Shown here: one piece after another, positions 12,001 through 24,000 of the stretch | Layout of the letters: every line of letters starts with the position of its first letter | How positions within the stretch are numbered: position 1 is the stretch's first letter | From: Eledone cirrhosa | Taxonomy: Eukaryota | Length of the DNA: 64,000 bases | Assembly: GCA_964016885.1 (NCBI GenBank) | Contig: OZ024747.1 | Coordinates: forward strand, 29,822,001 to 29,886,000 | Direction of reading: 5' to 3' | Position numbers and translations under genes: made by a program | Notes under the pieces: model-generated | Seen by the model: the letters and a program-made list of their open reading frames with translations, nothing else | The model's database searches: none | Told to the model about the DNA's origin: nothing

Positions 12001-15000
12001 CCCCGTTTTTTTATGGGGGGGTCCCGTTTTTTATTTGGGTGCCCCGTTTTTTTATGGGGGGGTCCGTTTTTTATTTGGGTACCCCGTTTTTTATTTGGGT
12101 GCCCCGTTTTTTTATGGGGGGGTACCGTTTTTTATTTGGATGCCCCGTTTTTTTATGGGGGGGTCCGTTTTTTATTTGGGTGCCCCGTTTTTTATTTGGG
12201 TGCCCCGTTATTTTATGGGGGGTCCGTTTTTTATTTGGGTGCCCCGTTTTTTTATGGGGGGGTCCCGTTTTTTATTTGGGTGCCCCGTTTTTTTATGGGG
12301 GGGTCCCGTTTTTTATTTGGGTGCCCCGTTTTTTTATGGGGGGGGTCCGTTTTTTATTTGGGTACCCCGTTTTTTATTTGGGTGCCCCGTTTTTTTATGG
12401 GGGGTCCGTTTTTTATTTGGGTGCTCCGTTTTTTTATGGGGGGGTCCGTTTTTTATCAGGGTGCCCCGTTTTTTATTTGGGTGCCCCGTTTTTTTATGGG
12501 GGGGTCCGTTTTTTATTTGGGTGCCCCGTTTTTTTTATGGGGGGGTCCGTTTTTTATTTGGGTGCCCCGTTTTTTTATGGGGGGGGGCCGTTTTTTATTT
12601 GGGTGCCCCGTTTTTTTATGGGGGGGGTCCGTTTTTTATTTGGGTGCCCCGTTTTTTATTTGGGTGCCCCGTTTTTTTATGGGGGGGGTCCGTTTTTTAT
12701 TTGGCTGCCCCGTTTTTTTATGGGGGGGTCCGTTTTTTATTTGGGTACCCCGTTTTTTATTTGGGTGCCCCGTTTTTTTATGTGGGGGGTCCCGTTTTTT
12801 ATTTGGGTGCCCCGTTTTTTTATGGGGGGGTCCGTTTTTTATTTGGGTACCCCGTTTTTTATTTGGGTGCCCCGTTTTTTTTATGGGGGGTCCGTTTTTT
12901 ATTTGGGTGCCCCGTTTTTTTATGGGGGGGGTCCGTTTTTTATTTGGGTACCCCGTTTTTTTATGGGGGGGTCCCGTTTTTTATTTGGGTGCCCCGTTTT
13001 TTTATGGGGGGGGTCCGTTTTTTATTTGGGTACCCCGTTTTTTATTTGGGTGCCCCGTTTTTTTATGGGGGGGTCCGTTTTTTATTTGGGTGCCCCGTTT
13101 TTTTATGGGGGGGTCCGTTTTTTATCTGGGTACCCCGTTTTTTATTTGGGTGCCCCGTTTTTTATTTGGGTGCCCCGTTTTTTTATGGGGGGGGGTCCGT
13201 TTTTTATTTGGGTGTCCCGTTTTTTTATGGGGGGGTCCCGTTTTTTATTTGGGTGCCCCGTTTTTTTATGGGGGGGTCCCGTTTTTTATTTGGGTGCCCC
13301 GTTTTTTTATGGGGGGGTCCGTTTTTTATTTGGGTGCCCCGTTTTTTTATGGGGGGGGGTCCGTTTTTTATTTGGGTACCCCGTTTTTTATTTGGGTGCC
13401 CCGTTTTTTTATGGGGGGGGTCCGTTTTTTATTTGGGTGCCCCGTTTTTTATTTGGGTGCCCCGTTTTTTTATGGGGGGGATCCGTTTTTTATTTGAGTG
13501 CCCCGTTTTTTTATGGGGGGGTCCGTTTTTTATTTGGGTACCCCGTTTTTTATTTGGGTGCCCCGTTTTTTTATGGGGGGGTCCGTTTTTTATTTGGGTG
13601 CCCCGTTTTTCTATGGGGGGGGTCCGTTTTTTATTTGGGTGCCCCGTTTTTTTATGGGGGGGTCCCGTTTTTTATTTGGGTGCCCCGTTTTTTTATGGGG
13701 GGATCCGTTTTTTATTTGGGTGCCCCGTTTTTTATTTGGGTGTCCCGTTTTTTTATGGGGGGGTCCGTTTTTTATTTGGGTGCCCCGTTTTTTTATGGGG
13801 GGTCCGTTTTTTATTTGGGTACCCCGTTTTTTATTTGGGTGCCCCGTTTTTTTATGGGGGGGTCCGTTTTTTATTTGGGTGCCCCGTTTTTTTATGGGGG
13901 GGTCCGTTTTTTATTTGGGTGCCCCGTTTTTTTATGGGGGGGTCCCGTTTTTTATTTGGGTGCCCCGTTTTTCTATGGGGGGGTCCGTTTTTTATTTGGG
14001 TGTCCCGTTTTTTTATGGGGGGGTCCCGTTTTTTATTTGGGTGCCCCGTTTTTTTATGGGGGGGGGTCCGTTTTTTATTTGGGTGCCCCGTTTTTTTTAT
14101 GGGGGGGGGTCCGTTTTTTATTTGGGTGCCCCGTTTTTTATTTGGGTACCCCGTTTTTTATTTGGGTGCCCCGTTTTTTATTTGGGTGCCCCGTTTTTTT
14201 ATGGGGGGGTCCGTTTTTTATTTGGGTGCCCCGTTTTTTATTTGGGTACCCCGTTTTTTTATGGGGGGGGCCGTTTTTTATTTGGGTGCCCCGTTTTTTT
14301 ATGGGGGGGTCCGTTTTTTATTTGGGTACCCCGTTTTTTATTTGGGTGCCCCGTTTTTTTATGGGGGGTGCCGTTTTTTATTTGGGTGCCCCGTTTTTTT
14401 ATGGGGGGGGTCCGTTTTTTATTTGGGTGCCCCGTTTTTTATTTGGGTGCCCCGTTTTTTTATGGGGGGGGTCCGTTTTTTATTTGGCTGCCCCGTTTTT
14501 TTATGGGTGGGTCCGTTTTTTATTTGGGTACCCCGTTTTTTATTTGGGTGCCCCGTTTTTTTATGTGGGGGGTCCCGTTTTTTATTTGGGTGCCCCGTTT
14601 TTTTATGGGGGGGTCCGTTTTTTATTTGGGTACCCCGTTTTTTATTTGGGTACCCCGTTTTTTATTTGGGTGCCCCGTTTTTTTATGTGGGGGGTCCGTT
14701 TTTTATTTGGGTGCCCCGTTTTTTTTATGGGGGGGGGTCCGTTTTTTATTTGGGTGCCCCGTTTTTTATTTGGGTACCCCGTTTTTTATTTGGGTGCCCC
14801 GTTTTTTATTTGGGTGCCCCGTTTTTTTATGGGGGGGTCCGTTTTTTATTTGGGTGCCCCGTTTTTTATTTGGGTACCCCGTTTTTTTATGGGGGGGGCC
14901 GTTTTTTATTTGGGTGCCCCGTTTTTTTATGGGGGGTCCGTTTTTTATTTGGGTACCCCGTTTTTTATTTGGGTGCCCCGTTTTTTTAGGGGGGGGGGCG

Positions 15001-18000
15001 TTTTTTATTTGGGTGCCCCGTTTTTTTATGGGGGGGGGTCCGTTTTTTATTTGGGTGCCCCGTTTTTTATTTGGGTGCCCCGTTTTTTTATGGGGGGGTC
15101 CGTTTTTTATTTGGCTGCCCCGTTTTTTTATGGGGGGGTCCGTTTTTTATTTGGGTACCCCGTTTTTTATTTGGGTGCCCCGTTTTTTTATGTGGGGGGT
15201 CCCGTTTTTTATTTGGGTGCCCCGTTTTTTTATGGGGGGGGCCGTTTTTTATTTGGGTACCCCGTTTTTTATTTGGGTGCCCCGTTTTTTTATGTGGGGG
15301 GTCCCGTTTTTTATTTGGGTGCCCCGTTTTTTTATGGGGGGGTCCGTTTTTTATTTGGGTACCCCGTTTTTTATTTGGGTGCCCCGTTTTTTTATGGGGG
15401 GGTCCGTTTTTTATTTGGGTGCCCCGTTTTTTTATGGGGGGGTCCGTTTTTTATTTGGGTACCCCGTTTTTTTATGGGGGGGTCCCGTTTTTTATTTGGG
15501 TGCCCCGTTTTTTTATGGGGGGGGTCCGTTTTTTATTTGGGTACCCCGTTTTTTATTTGGGTGCCCCGTTCTTTTATGGGGGGGTCCGTTTTTTATTTGG
15601 GTGCCCCGTTTTTTTATGGGGGGGTCCGTTTTTTATCTGGGTACCCCGTTTTTTATTTGGGTACCCCGTTTTTTATTTGGGTGCCCCGTTTTTTTATGGG
15701 GGGGTCCGTTTTTTATTTGGGTGCCCCGTTTTTTATTTGGGTGTCCCGTTTTTTTATGGGGGGGGTCCCGTTTTTTATTTGGGTGCCCCGTTTTTTTATG
15801 GGGGGGTCCGTTTTTTATTTGGGTACCCCGTTTTTTATTTGGGTGCCCCGTTTTTTTATGGGGGGGGTACCGTTTTTTATTTGGGTGCCCCGTTTTTTTA
15901 TGGGGGGGTCCGTTTTTTATTTGGGTGCCCCGTTTTTTATTTGGGTGCCCCGTTTTTTTATGGGGGGTCCGTTTTTTATTTGGGTGCCCCGTTTTTTTAT
16001 GGGGGGGTCCCGTTTTTTATTTGGGTGCCCCGTTTTTTTATGGGGGGGGGGTCCGTTTTTTATTTGGGTACCCCGTTTTTTATTTGGGTGCCCCGTTTTT
16101 TTATGGGGGGTCCGTTTTTTATTTGGGTGCTCCGTTTTTTTATGGGGGGGTCCGTTTTTTATTTGGGTGCCCCGTTTTTTATTTGGGTGCCCCGTTTTTT
16201 TATGGGGGGGTCCGTTTTTTATTTGGGTGCCCCGTTTTTTTATGGGGGGGTCCGTTTTTTATTTGGGTGCCCCGTTTTTTTATGGGGGGGTCCCGTTTTT
16301 TATTTGGGTGCCCCGTTTTTTTATGGGGGTGTCCGTTTTTTATTTGGGTGCCCCGTTTTTTTATGGGGGGTCCCGTTTTTTATTTGGGTGCCCCGTTTTT
16401 TTATGGGGGGGTCCGTTTTTTATTTGGGTACCCCGCTTTTTATTTGGGTGCCCCGTTTTTTTATGGGGGGATCCGTTTTTTATTTGGGTGTCCCGTTTTT
16501 TATTTGGGTGCCCCGTTTTTTTCTGGGGGGGTCCCGTTTTTTATTTGGGTGCCCCGTTTTTTTATGGGGGGGGTCCGTTTTTTATTTGGGTACCCCGTTT
16601 TTTATTTGGGTGCCCCGTTTTTTTATGGGGGGTCCGTTTTTTATTTGGGTGCCCCGTTTTTTTATGGGGGGGTCCGTTTTTTATTTGGGTGCCCCGTTTT
16701 TTTATGGGGGGGTCCGTTTTTTATTTGGGTGCCCCGTTTTTTTATGGGGGGGGCCGTTTTTTATTTGGGTGCCCCGTTTTTTTATGGGGGGGGTCCGTTT
16801 TTTATTTGGGTGCCCCGTTTTTTATTTGGGTGCCCCGTTTTTTTATGGGGGGGGTCCGTTTTTTATTTGGCTGCCCCGTTTTTTTATGGGGGGGTCCGTT
16901 TTTTATTTGGGTACCCCGTTTTTTATTTGGGTGCCCCGTTTTTTTATGTGGGGGGTCCCGTTTTTTATTTGGGTGCCCCGTTTTTTTATGGGGGGGTCCG
17001 TTTTTTATTTGGGTACCCCGTTTTTTATTTGGGTGCCCCGTTTTTTTATGGGGGGGTCCGTTTTTTATTTGGGTGCCCCGTTTTTTTATGGGGGGGTCCG
17101 TTTTTTATTTGGGTACCCCGTTTTTTTATGGGGGGGTCCCGTTTTTTATTTGGGTGCCCCGTTTTTTTATGGGGGGGTCCGTTTTTTATTTGGGTACCCC
17201 GTTTTTTTATGGGGGGGTCCCGTTTTTTATTTGGGTGCCCCGTTTTTTTATGGGGGGGGTCCCGTTTTTTATTTGGGTGTCCCGTTTTTTTATGGGGGGG
17301 TCCGTTTTTTATTTGGGTACCCCGTTTTTTATTTGGGTGCCCCGTTTTTTTATGGGGGGGTACCGTTTTTTATTTGGGTGCCCCGTTTTTTTATGGGGGG
17401 GTCCGTTTTTTATTTGGGTACCCCGTTTTTTTATGGGGGGGTCCCGTTTTTTATTTGGGTGCCCCGTTTTTTTATGGGGGGGGTCCGTTTTTTATTTGGG
17501 TACCCCGTTTTTTATTTGGGTGCCCCGTTTTTTTATGGGGGGGTCCGTTTTTTATTTGGGTGCCCCGTTTTTTTATGGGGGGGTCCGTTTTTTATCTGGG
17601 TACCCCGTTTTTTATTTGGGTACCCCGTTTTTTATTTGGGTGCCCCGTTTTTTTATGGGGGGGTCCGTTTTTTATTTGGGTGCCCCGTTTTTTATTTGGG
17701 TGTCCCGTTTTTTTATGGGGGGGGTCCCGTTTTTTATTTGGGTGCCCCGTTTTTTTATGGGGGGGTCCGTTTTTTATTTGGGTACCCCGTTTTTTATTTG
17801 GGTGCCCCGTTTTTTTATGGGGGGGTACCGTTTTTTATTTGGATGCCCCGTTTTTTTATGGGGGGGTCCGTTTTTTATTTGGGTGCCCCGTTTTTTATTT
17901 GGGTGCCCCGTTATTTTATGGGGGGTCCGTTTTTTATTTGGGTGCCCCGTTTTTTTATGGGGGGGTCCCGTTTTTTATTTGGGTGCCCCGTTTTTTTATG

Positions 18001-21000
18001 GGGGGGTCCCGTTTTTTATTTGGGTGCCCCGTTTTTTTATGGGGGGGGTCCGTTTTTTATTTGGGTACCCCGTTTTTTATTTGGGTGCCCCGTTTTTTTA
18101 TGGGGGGTCCGTTTTTTATTTGGGTGCTCCGTTTTTTTATGGGGGGGTCCGTTTTTTATCAGGGTGCCCCGTTTTTTATTTGGGTGCCCCGTTTTTTTAT
18201 GGGGGGGTCCGTTTTTTATTTGGGTGCCCCGTTTTTTTATGGGGGGGTCCGTTTTTTATTTGGGTGCCCCGTTTTTTTATGGGGGGGTCCCGTTTTTTAT
18301 TTGGGTGCCCCGTTTTTTATGGGGGGGTCCGTTTTTTATTTGGGTGCCCCGTTTTTTTATGGGGGGTCCCGTTTTTTATTTGGGTGCCCCGTTTTTTTAT
18401 GGGGGGGTCCGTTTTTTATTTGGGTACCCCGCTTTTTATTTGGGTGTCCCGTTTTTTTATGGGGGGATCCGTTTTTTATTTGGGTGTCCCGTTTTTTATT
18501 TGGGTGCCCCGTTTTTTTCTGGGGGGGTCCCGTTTTTTATTTGGGTGCCCCGTTTTTTTATGGGGGGGTCCGTTTTTTATTTGGGTGCCCCGTTTTTTTA
18601 TGGGGGGGTACCGTTTTTTATTTGGGTGCCCCGTTTTTTTATGGGGGGGGTCCGTTTTTTATTTGGGTGCCCCGTTTTTTATTTGGGTGCCCCGTTTTTT
18701 TATGGGGGGTCCGTTTTTTATTTGGGTGCCCCGTTTTTTTATGGGGGGGTCCCGTTTTTTATTTGGGTGCCCCGTTTTTTTTATGGGGGGGTCCCGTTTT
18801 TTATTTGGGTGCCCCGTTTTTTTATGGGGGGGGTCCGTTTTTTATTTGGGTACCCCGTTTTTTATTTGGGTGCCCCGTTTTTTTATGGGGGGTCCGTTTT
18901 TTATTTGGGTGCTCCGTTTTTTTATGGGGGGGTCCGTTTTTTATCAGGGTGCCCCGTTTTTTATTTGGGTGCCCCGTTTTTTTATGGGGGGGTCCGTTTT
19001 TTATTTGGGTGCCCCGTTTTTTTATGGGGGGGTCCGTTTTTTATTTGGGTGCCCCGTTTTTTTATGGGGGGGGTCCCGTTTTTTATTTGGGTGCCCCGTT
19101 TTTTTATGTGGGGGGTCCGTTTTTTATTTGGGTGCCCCGTTTTTTTTATGGGGGGGGGTCCGTTTTTTATTTGGGTGCCCCGTTTTTTATTTGGGTACCC
19201 CGTTTTTTACTTGGGTGCCCCGTTTTTTATTTGGGTGCCCCGTTTTTTATTTGGGTGCCCCGTTTTTTTATGGGGGGTCCGTTTTTTATTTGGGTGCCCC
19301 GTTTTTTTATGGGGGGGGTCCGTTTTTTATTTGGGTACCCCGTTTTTTTATGGGGGGTCCCGTTTTTTATTTGGGTGCCCCGTTTTTTTATGGGGGGGGT
19401 CCGTTTTTTATTTGGGTACCCCGTTTTTTATTTGGGTGCCCCGTTTTTTTATGGGGGGGTCCGTTTTTTATTTGGGTGCCCCGTTTTTTTATGGGGGGGT
19501 CCGTTTTTTATCTGGGTACCCCGTTTTTTATTTGGGTGCCCCGTTTTTTATTTGGGTGCCCCGTTTTTTTATGGGGGGGGTCCGTTTTTTATTTGGGTGT
19601 CCCGTTTTTTTATGGGGGGGTCCCGTTTTTTATTTGGGTGCCCCGTTTTTTTATGGGGGGGTCCGTTTTTTATTTGGGTACCCCGTTTTTTATTTGGGTG
19701 CCCCGTTTTTTTATGGCGGGGTCCCGTTTTTTATTTGGGTGCCCCGTTTTTTTTATGGGGGGGTCCGTTTTTTATTTGGGTGCCCCGTTTTTTTATGGGG
19801 GGGGTCCGTTTTTTATTTGGGTACCCCGTTTTTTATTTGGGTGCCCCGTTTTTTTATGGGGGGGGTCCGTTTTTTATTTGGGTGCCCCGTTTTTTATTTG
19901 GGTGCCCCGTTTTTTTATGGGGGGGATCCGTTTTTTATTTGAGTGCCCCGTTTTTTTATGGGGGGGTCCGTTTTTTATTTGGGTACCTCGTTTTTTATTT
20001 GGGTGCCCCGTTTTTTTATGGGGGGGGTCCGTTTTTTATTTGGGTGCCCCGTTTTTCTATGGGGGGGGTCCGTTTTTTATTTGGGTGCCCCGTTTTTTTA
20101 TGGGGGGGTCCCGTTTTTTATTTGGGTGCCCCGTTTTTTTATGGGGGGATCCGTTTTTTATTTGGGTGCCCCGTTTTTTATTTGGGTGTCCCGTTTTTTT
20201 ATGGGGGGGTCCGTTTTTTATTTGGGTGCCCCGTTTTTTTATGGGGGGGTCCGTTTTTTATTTGGGTACCCCGTTTTTTATTTGGGTGCCCCGTTTTTTT
20301 ATGGGGGGGTCCGTTTTTTATTTGGGTGCCCCGTTTTTTTATGGGGGGGTCCGTTTTTTATTTGGGTGCCCCGTTTTTTTATGGGGGGGTCCCGTTTTTT
20401 ATTTGGGTGCCCCGTTTTTCTATGGGGGGGTCCGTTTTTTATTTGGGTGCCCCGTTTTTTTATGGGGGGGTCCCGTTTTTTATTTGGGTGCCCCGTTTTT
20501 TTATGGGGGGGGGGTCCGTTTTTTATTTGGGTGCCCCGTTTTTTTTATGGGGGGGGTCCGTTTTTTATTTGGGTGCCCCGTTTTTTATTTGGGTACCCCG
20601 TTTTTTATTTGGGTGCCCCGTTTTTTATTTGGGTGCCCCGTTTTTTTATGGGGGGGTCCGTTTTTTATTTGGGTACCCCGTTTTTTATTTGGGTGCCCCG
20701 TTTTTTTATGGGGGGGTCCCGTTTTTTATTTGGGTGCCCCGTTTTTTTATGGGGGGGTCCGTTTTTTATTTGGGTGCCCCGTTTTTTTATGGGGGGGGGT
20801 CCGTTTTTTATTTGGGTACCCCGTTTTTTATTTGGGTGCCCCGTTTTTTTATGGGGGGGGTCCGTTTTTTATTTGGGTGCCCCGTTTTTTATTTGGGTGC
20901 CCCGTTTTTTTATGGGGGGGATCCGTTTTTTATTTGAGTGCCCCGTTTTTTTATGGGGGGGTCCGTTTTTTATTTGGGTACCCCGTTTTTTATTTGGGTG

Positions 21001-24000
21001 CCCCGTTTTTTTATGGGGGGGGTCCGTTTTTTATTTGGGTGCCCCGTTTTTCTATGGGGGGGGTCCGTTTTTTATTTGGGTGCCCCGTTTTTTTATGGGG
21101 GGGTCCCGTTTTTTATTTGGGTGCCCCGTTTTTTTATGGGGGGATCCGTTTTTTATTTGGGTGCCCCGTTTTTTATTTGGGTGTCCCGTTTTTTTATGGG
21201 GGGGTCCGTTTTTTATTTGGGTGCCCCGTTTTTTTATGGGGGGGTCCGTTTTTTATTTGGGTACCCCGTTTTTTATTTGGGTGCCCCGTTTTTTTATGGG
21301 GGGGTCCGTTTTTTATTTGGGTGCCCCGTTTTTTTATGGGGGGGTCCGTTTTTTATTTGGGTGCCCCGTTTTTTTATGGGGGGGTCCCGTTTTTTATTTG
21401 GGTGCCCCGTTTTTCTATGGGGGGGTCCGTTTTTTATTTGGGTGCCCCGTTTTTTTATGGGGGGGTCCCGTTTTTTATTTGGGTGCCCCGTTTTTTTATG
21501 GGGGGGGGGGTCCGTTTTTTATTTGGGTGCCCCGTTTTTTTTATGGGGGGGGTCCGTTTTTTATTTGGGTGCCCCGTTTTTTATTTGGGTACCCCGTTTT
21601 TTATTTGGGTGCCCCGTTTTTTATTTGGGTGCCCCGTTTTTTTATGGGGGGGTCCGTTTTTTATTTGGGTGCCCCGTTTTTTATTTGGGTACCCCGTTTT
21701 TTTATGGGGGGGGCCGTTTTTTATTTGGGTGCCCCGTTTTTTTATGGGGGGGTCCGTTTTTATTTGGGTACCCCGTTTTTTATTTGGGTGCCCCGTTTTT
21801 TTATGGGGGGGCCGTTTTTTATTTGGGTGCCCCGTTTTTTTATGGGGGGGGTCCGTTTTTTATTTGGGTGCCCCGTTTTTTATTTGGGTGCCCCGTTTTT
21901 TTATGGGGGGGGTCCGTTTTTTATTTGGCTGCCCCGTTTTTTTATGGGTGGGTCCGTTTTTTATTTGGGTACCCCGTTTTTTATTTGGGTGCCCCGTTTT
22001 TTTATGTGGGGGGTCCCGTTTTTTATTTGGGTGCCCCGTTTTTTTATGGGGGGGTCCGTTTTTTATTTGGGTACCCCGTTTTTTATTTGGGTACCCCGTT
22101 TTTTATTTGGGTGCCCCGTTTTTTATTTGGGTGCCCCGTTTTTTTATGGGGGGGTCCGTTTTTTATTTGGGTGCCCCGTTTTTTATTTGGGTACCCCGTT
22201 TTTTTATGGGGGGGGCCGTTTTTTATTTGGGTGCCCCGTTTTTTTATGGGGGGTCCGTTTTTTATTTGGGTACACCGTTTTTTATTTGGGTGCCCCGTTT
22301 TTTTAGGGGGGGGGGCGTTTTTTATTTGGGTGCCCCGTTTTTTTATGGGGGGGGTCCGTTTTTTATTTGGGTGCCCCGTTTTTTATTTGGGTGCCCCGTT
22401 TTTTTATGGGGGGGTCCGTTTTTTATTTGGCTGCCCCGTTTTTTTATGGGGGGGTCCGTTTTTTATTTGGGTACCCCGTTTTTTATTTGGGTGCCCCGTT
22501 TTTTTATGTGGGGGGTCCCGTTTTTTATTTGGGTGCCCCGTTTTTTTATGGGGGGGGCCGTTTTTTATTTGGGTACCCCGTTTTTTATTTGGGTGCCCCG
22601 TTTTTTTATGTGGGGGGTCCCGTTTTTTATTTGGGTGCCCCGTTTTTTTATGGGGGGGTCCGTTTTTTATTTGGGTACCCCGTTTTTTATTTGGGTGCCC
22701 CGTTTTTTTATGGGGGGGTCCGTTTTTTATTTGGGTGCCCCGTTTTTTTATGGGGGGGTCCGTTTTTTATTTGGGTACCCCGTTTTTTTATGGGGGGGTC
22801 CCGTTTTTTATTTGGGTGCCCCGTTTTTTTATGGGGGGGGGTCCGTTTTTTATTTGGGTACCCCGTTTTTTATTTGGGTGCCCCGTTTTTTTATGGGGGG
22901 GTCCGTTTTTTATTTGGGTGCCCCGTTTTTTTATGGGGGGGTCCGTTTTTTATCTGGGTACCCCGTTTTTTATTTGGGTACCCCGTTTTTTATTTGGGTG
23001 CCCCGTTTTTTTATGGGGGGGTCCGTTTATTATTTGGGTGCCCCGTTTTTTATTTGGGTGTCCCGTTTTTTTATGGGGGGGGTCCCGTTTTTTATTTGGG
23101 TGCCCCGTTTTTTTATGGGGGGGTCCGTTTTTTATTTGGGTACCCCGTTTTTTATTTGGGTGCCCCGTTTTTTTATGGGGGGGGTACCGTTTTTTATTTG
23201 GGTGCCCCGTTTTTTTATGGGGGGGTCCGTTTTTTATTTGGGTGCATCGTTTTTTATTTGGGTGCCCCGTTTTTTTATGGGGGGTCCGTTTTTTATTTGG
23301 GTGCCCCGTTTTTTTATGGGGGGGTCCCGTTTTTTATTTGGGTGCCCCGTTTTTTTATGGGGGGGGGTCCGTTTTTTATTTGGGTACCCCGTTTTTTATT
23401 TGGGTGCCCCGTTTTTTTATGGGGGGTCCGTTTTTTATTTGGGTGCTCCGTTTTTTTATGGGGGGGTCCGTTTTTTATTTGGGTGCCCCGTTTTTTATTT
23501 GGGTGCCCCGTTTTTTTATGGGGGGGTCCGTTTTTTATTTGGGTGCCCCGTTTTTTTATGGGGGGGTCCGTTTTTTATTTGGGTGCCCCGTTTTTTTATG
23601 GGGGGGTCCCGTTTTTTATTTGGGTGCCCCGTTTTTTTATGGGGGTGTCCGTTTTTTATTTGGGTACCCCGTTTTTTATTTGGGTGCCCTGTTTTTTTAT
23701 GGGGGGGGTCCGTTTTTTATTTGGGTGCCCCGTTTTTTTATGGGGGGGTCCGTTTTTTATTTGTGAGCCCCGTTTTTTATTTGGGTGCCCCGTTTTTTTA
23801 TGGGGGGGATCCGTTTTTTATTTGGGTGCCCCGTTTTATATTTGGGTGCCCCGTTTTTTATTTGGGTGCCCCGTTTTTTTATGGGGGGGTCCGTTTTTTA
23901 TCTGGGTACCCCGTTTTTTATTTGGGTACCCCGTTTTTTATTTGGGTGCCCCGTTTTTTTATGGGGGGGGTCCGTTTTTTATTTGGGTGCCCCGTTTTTT

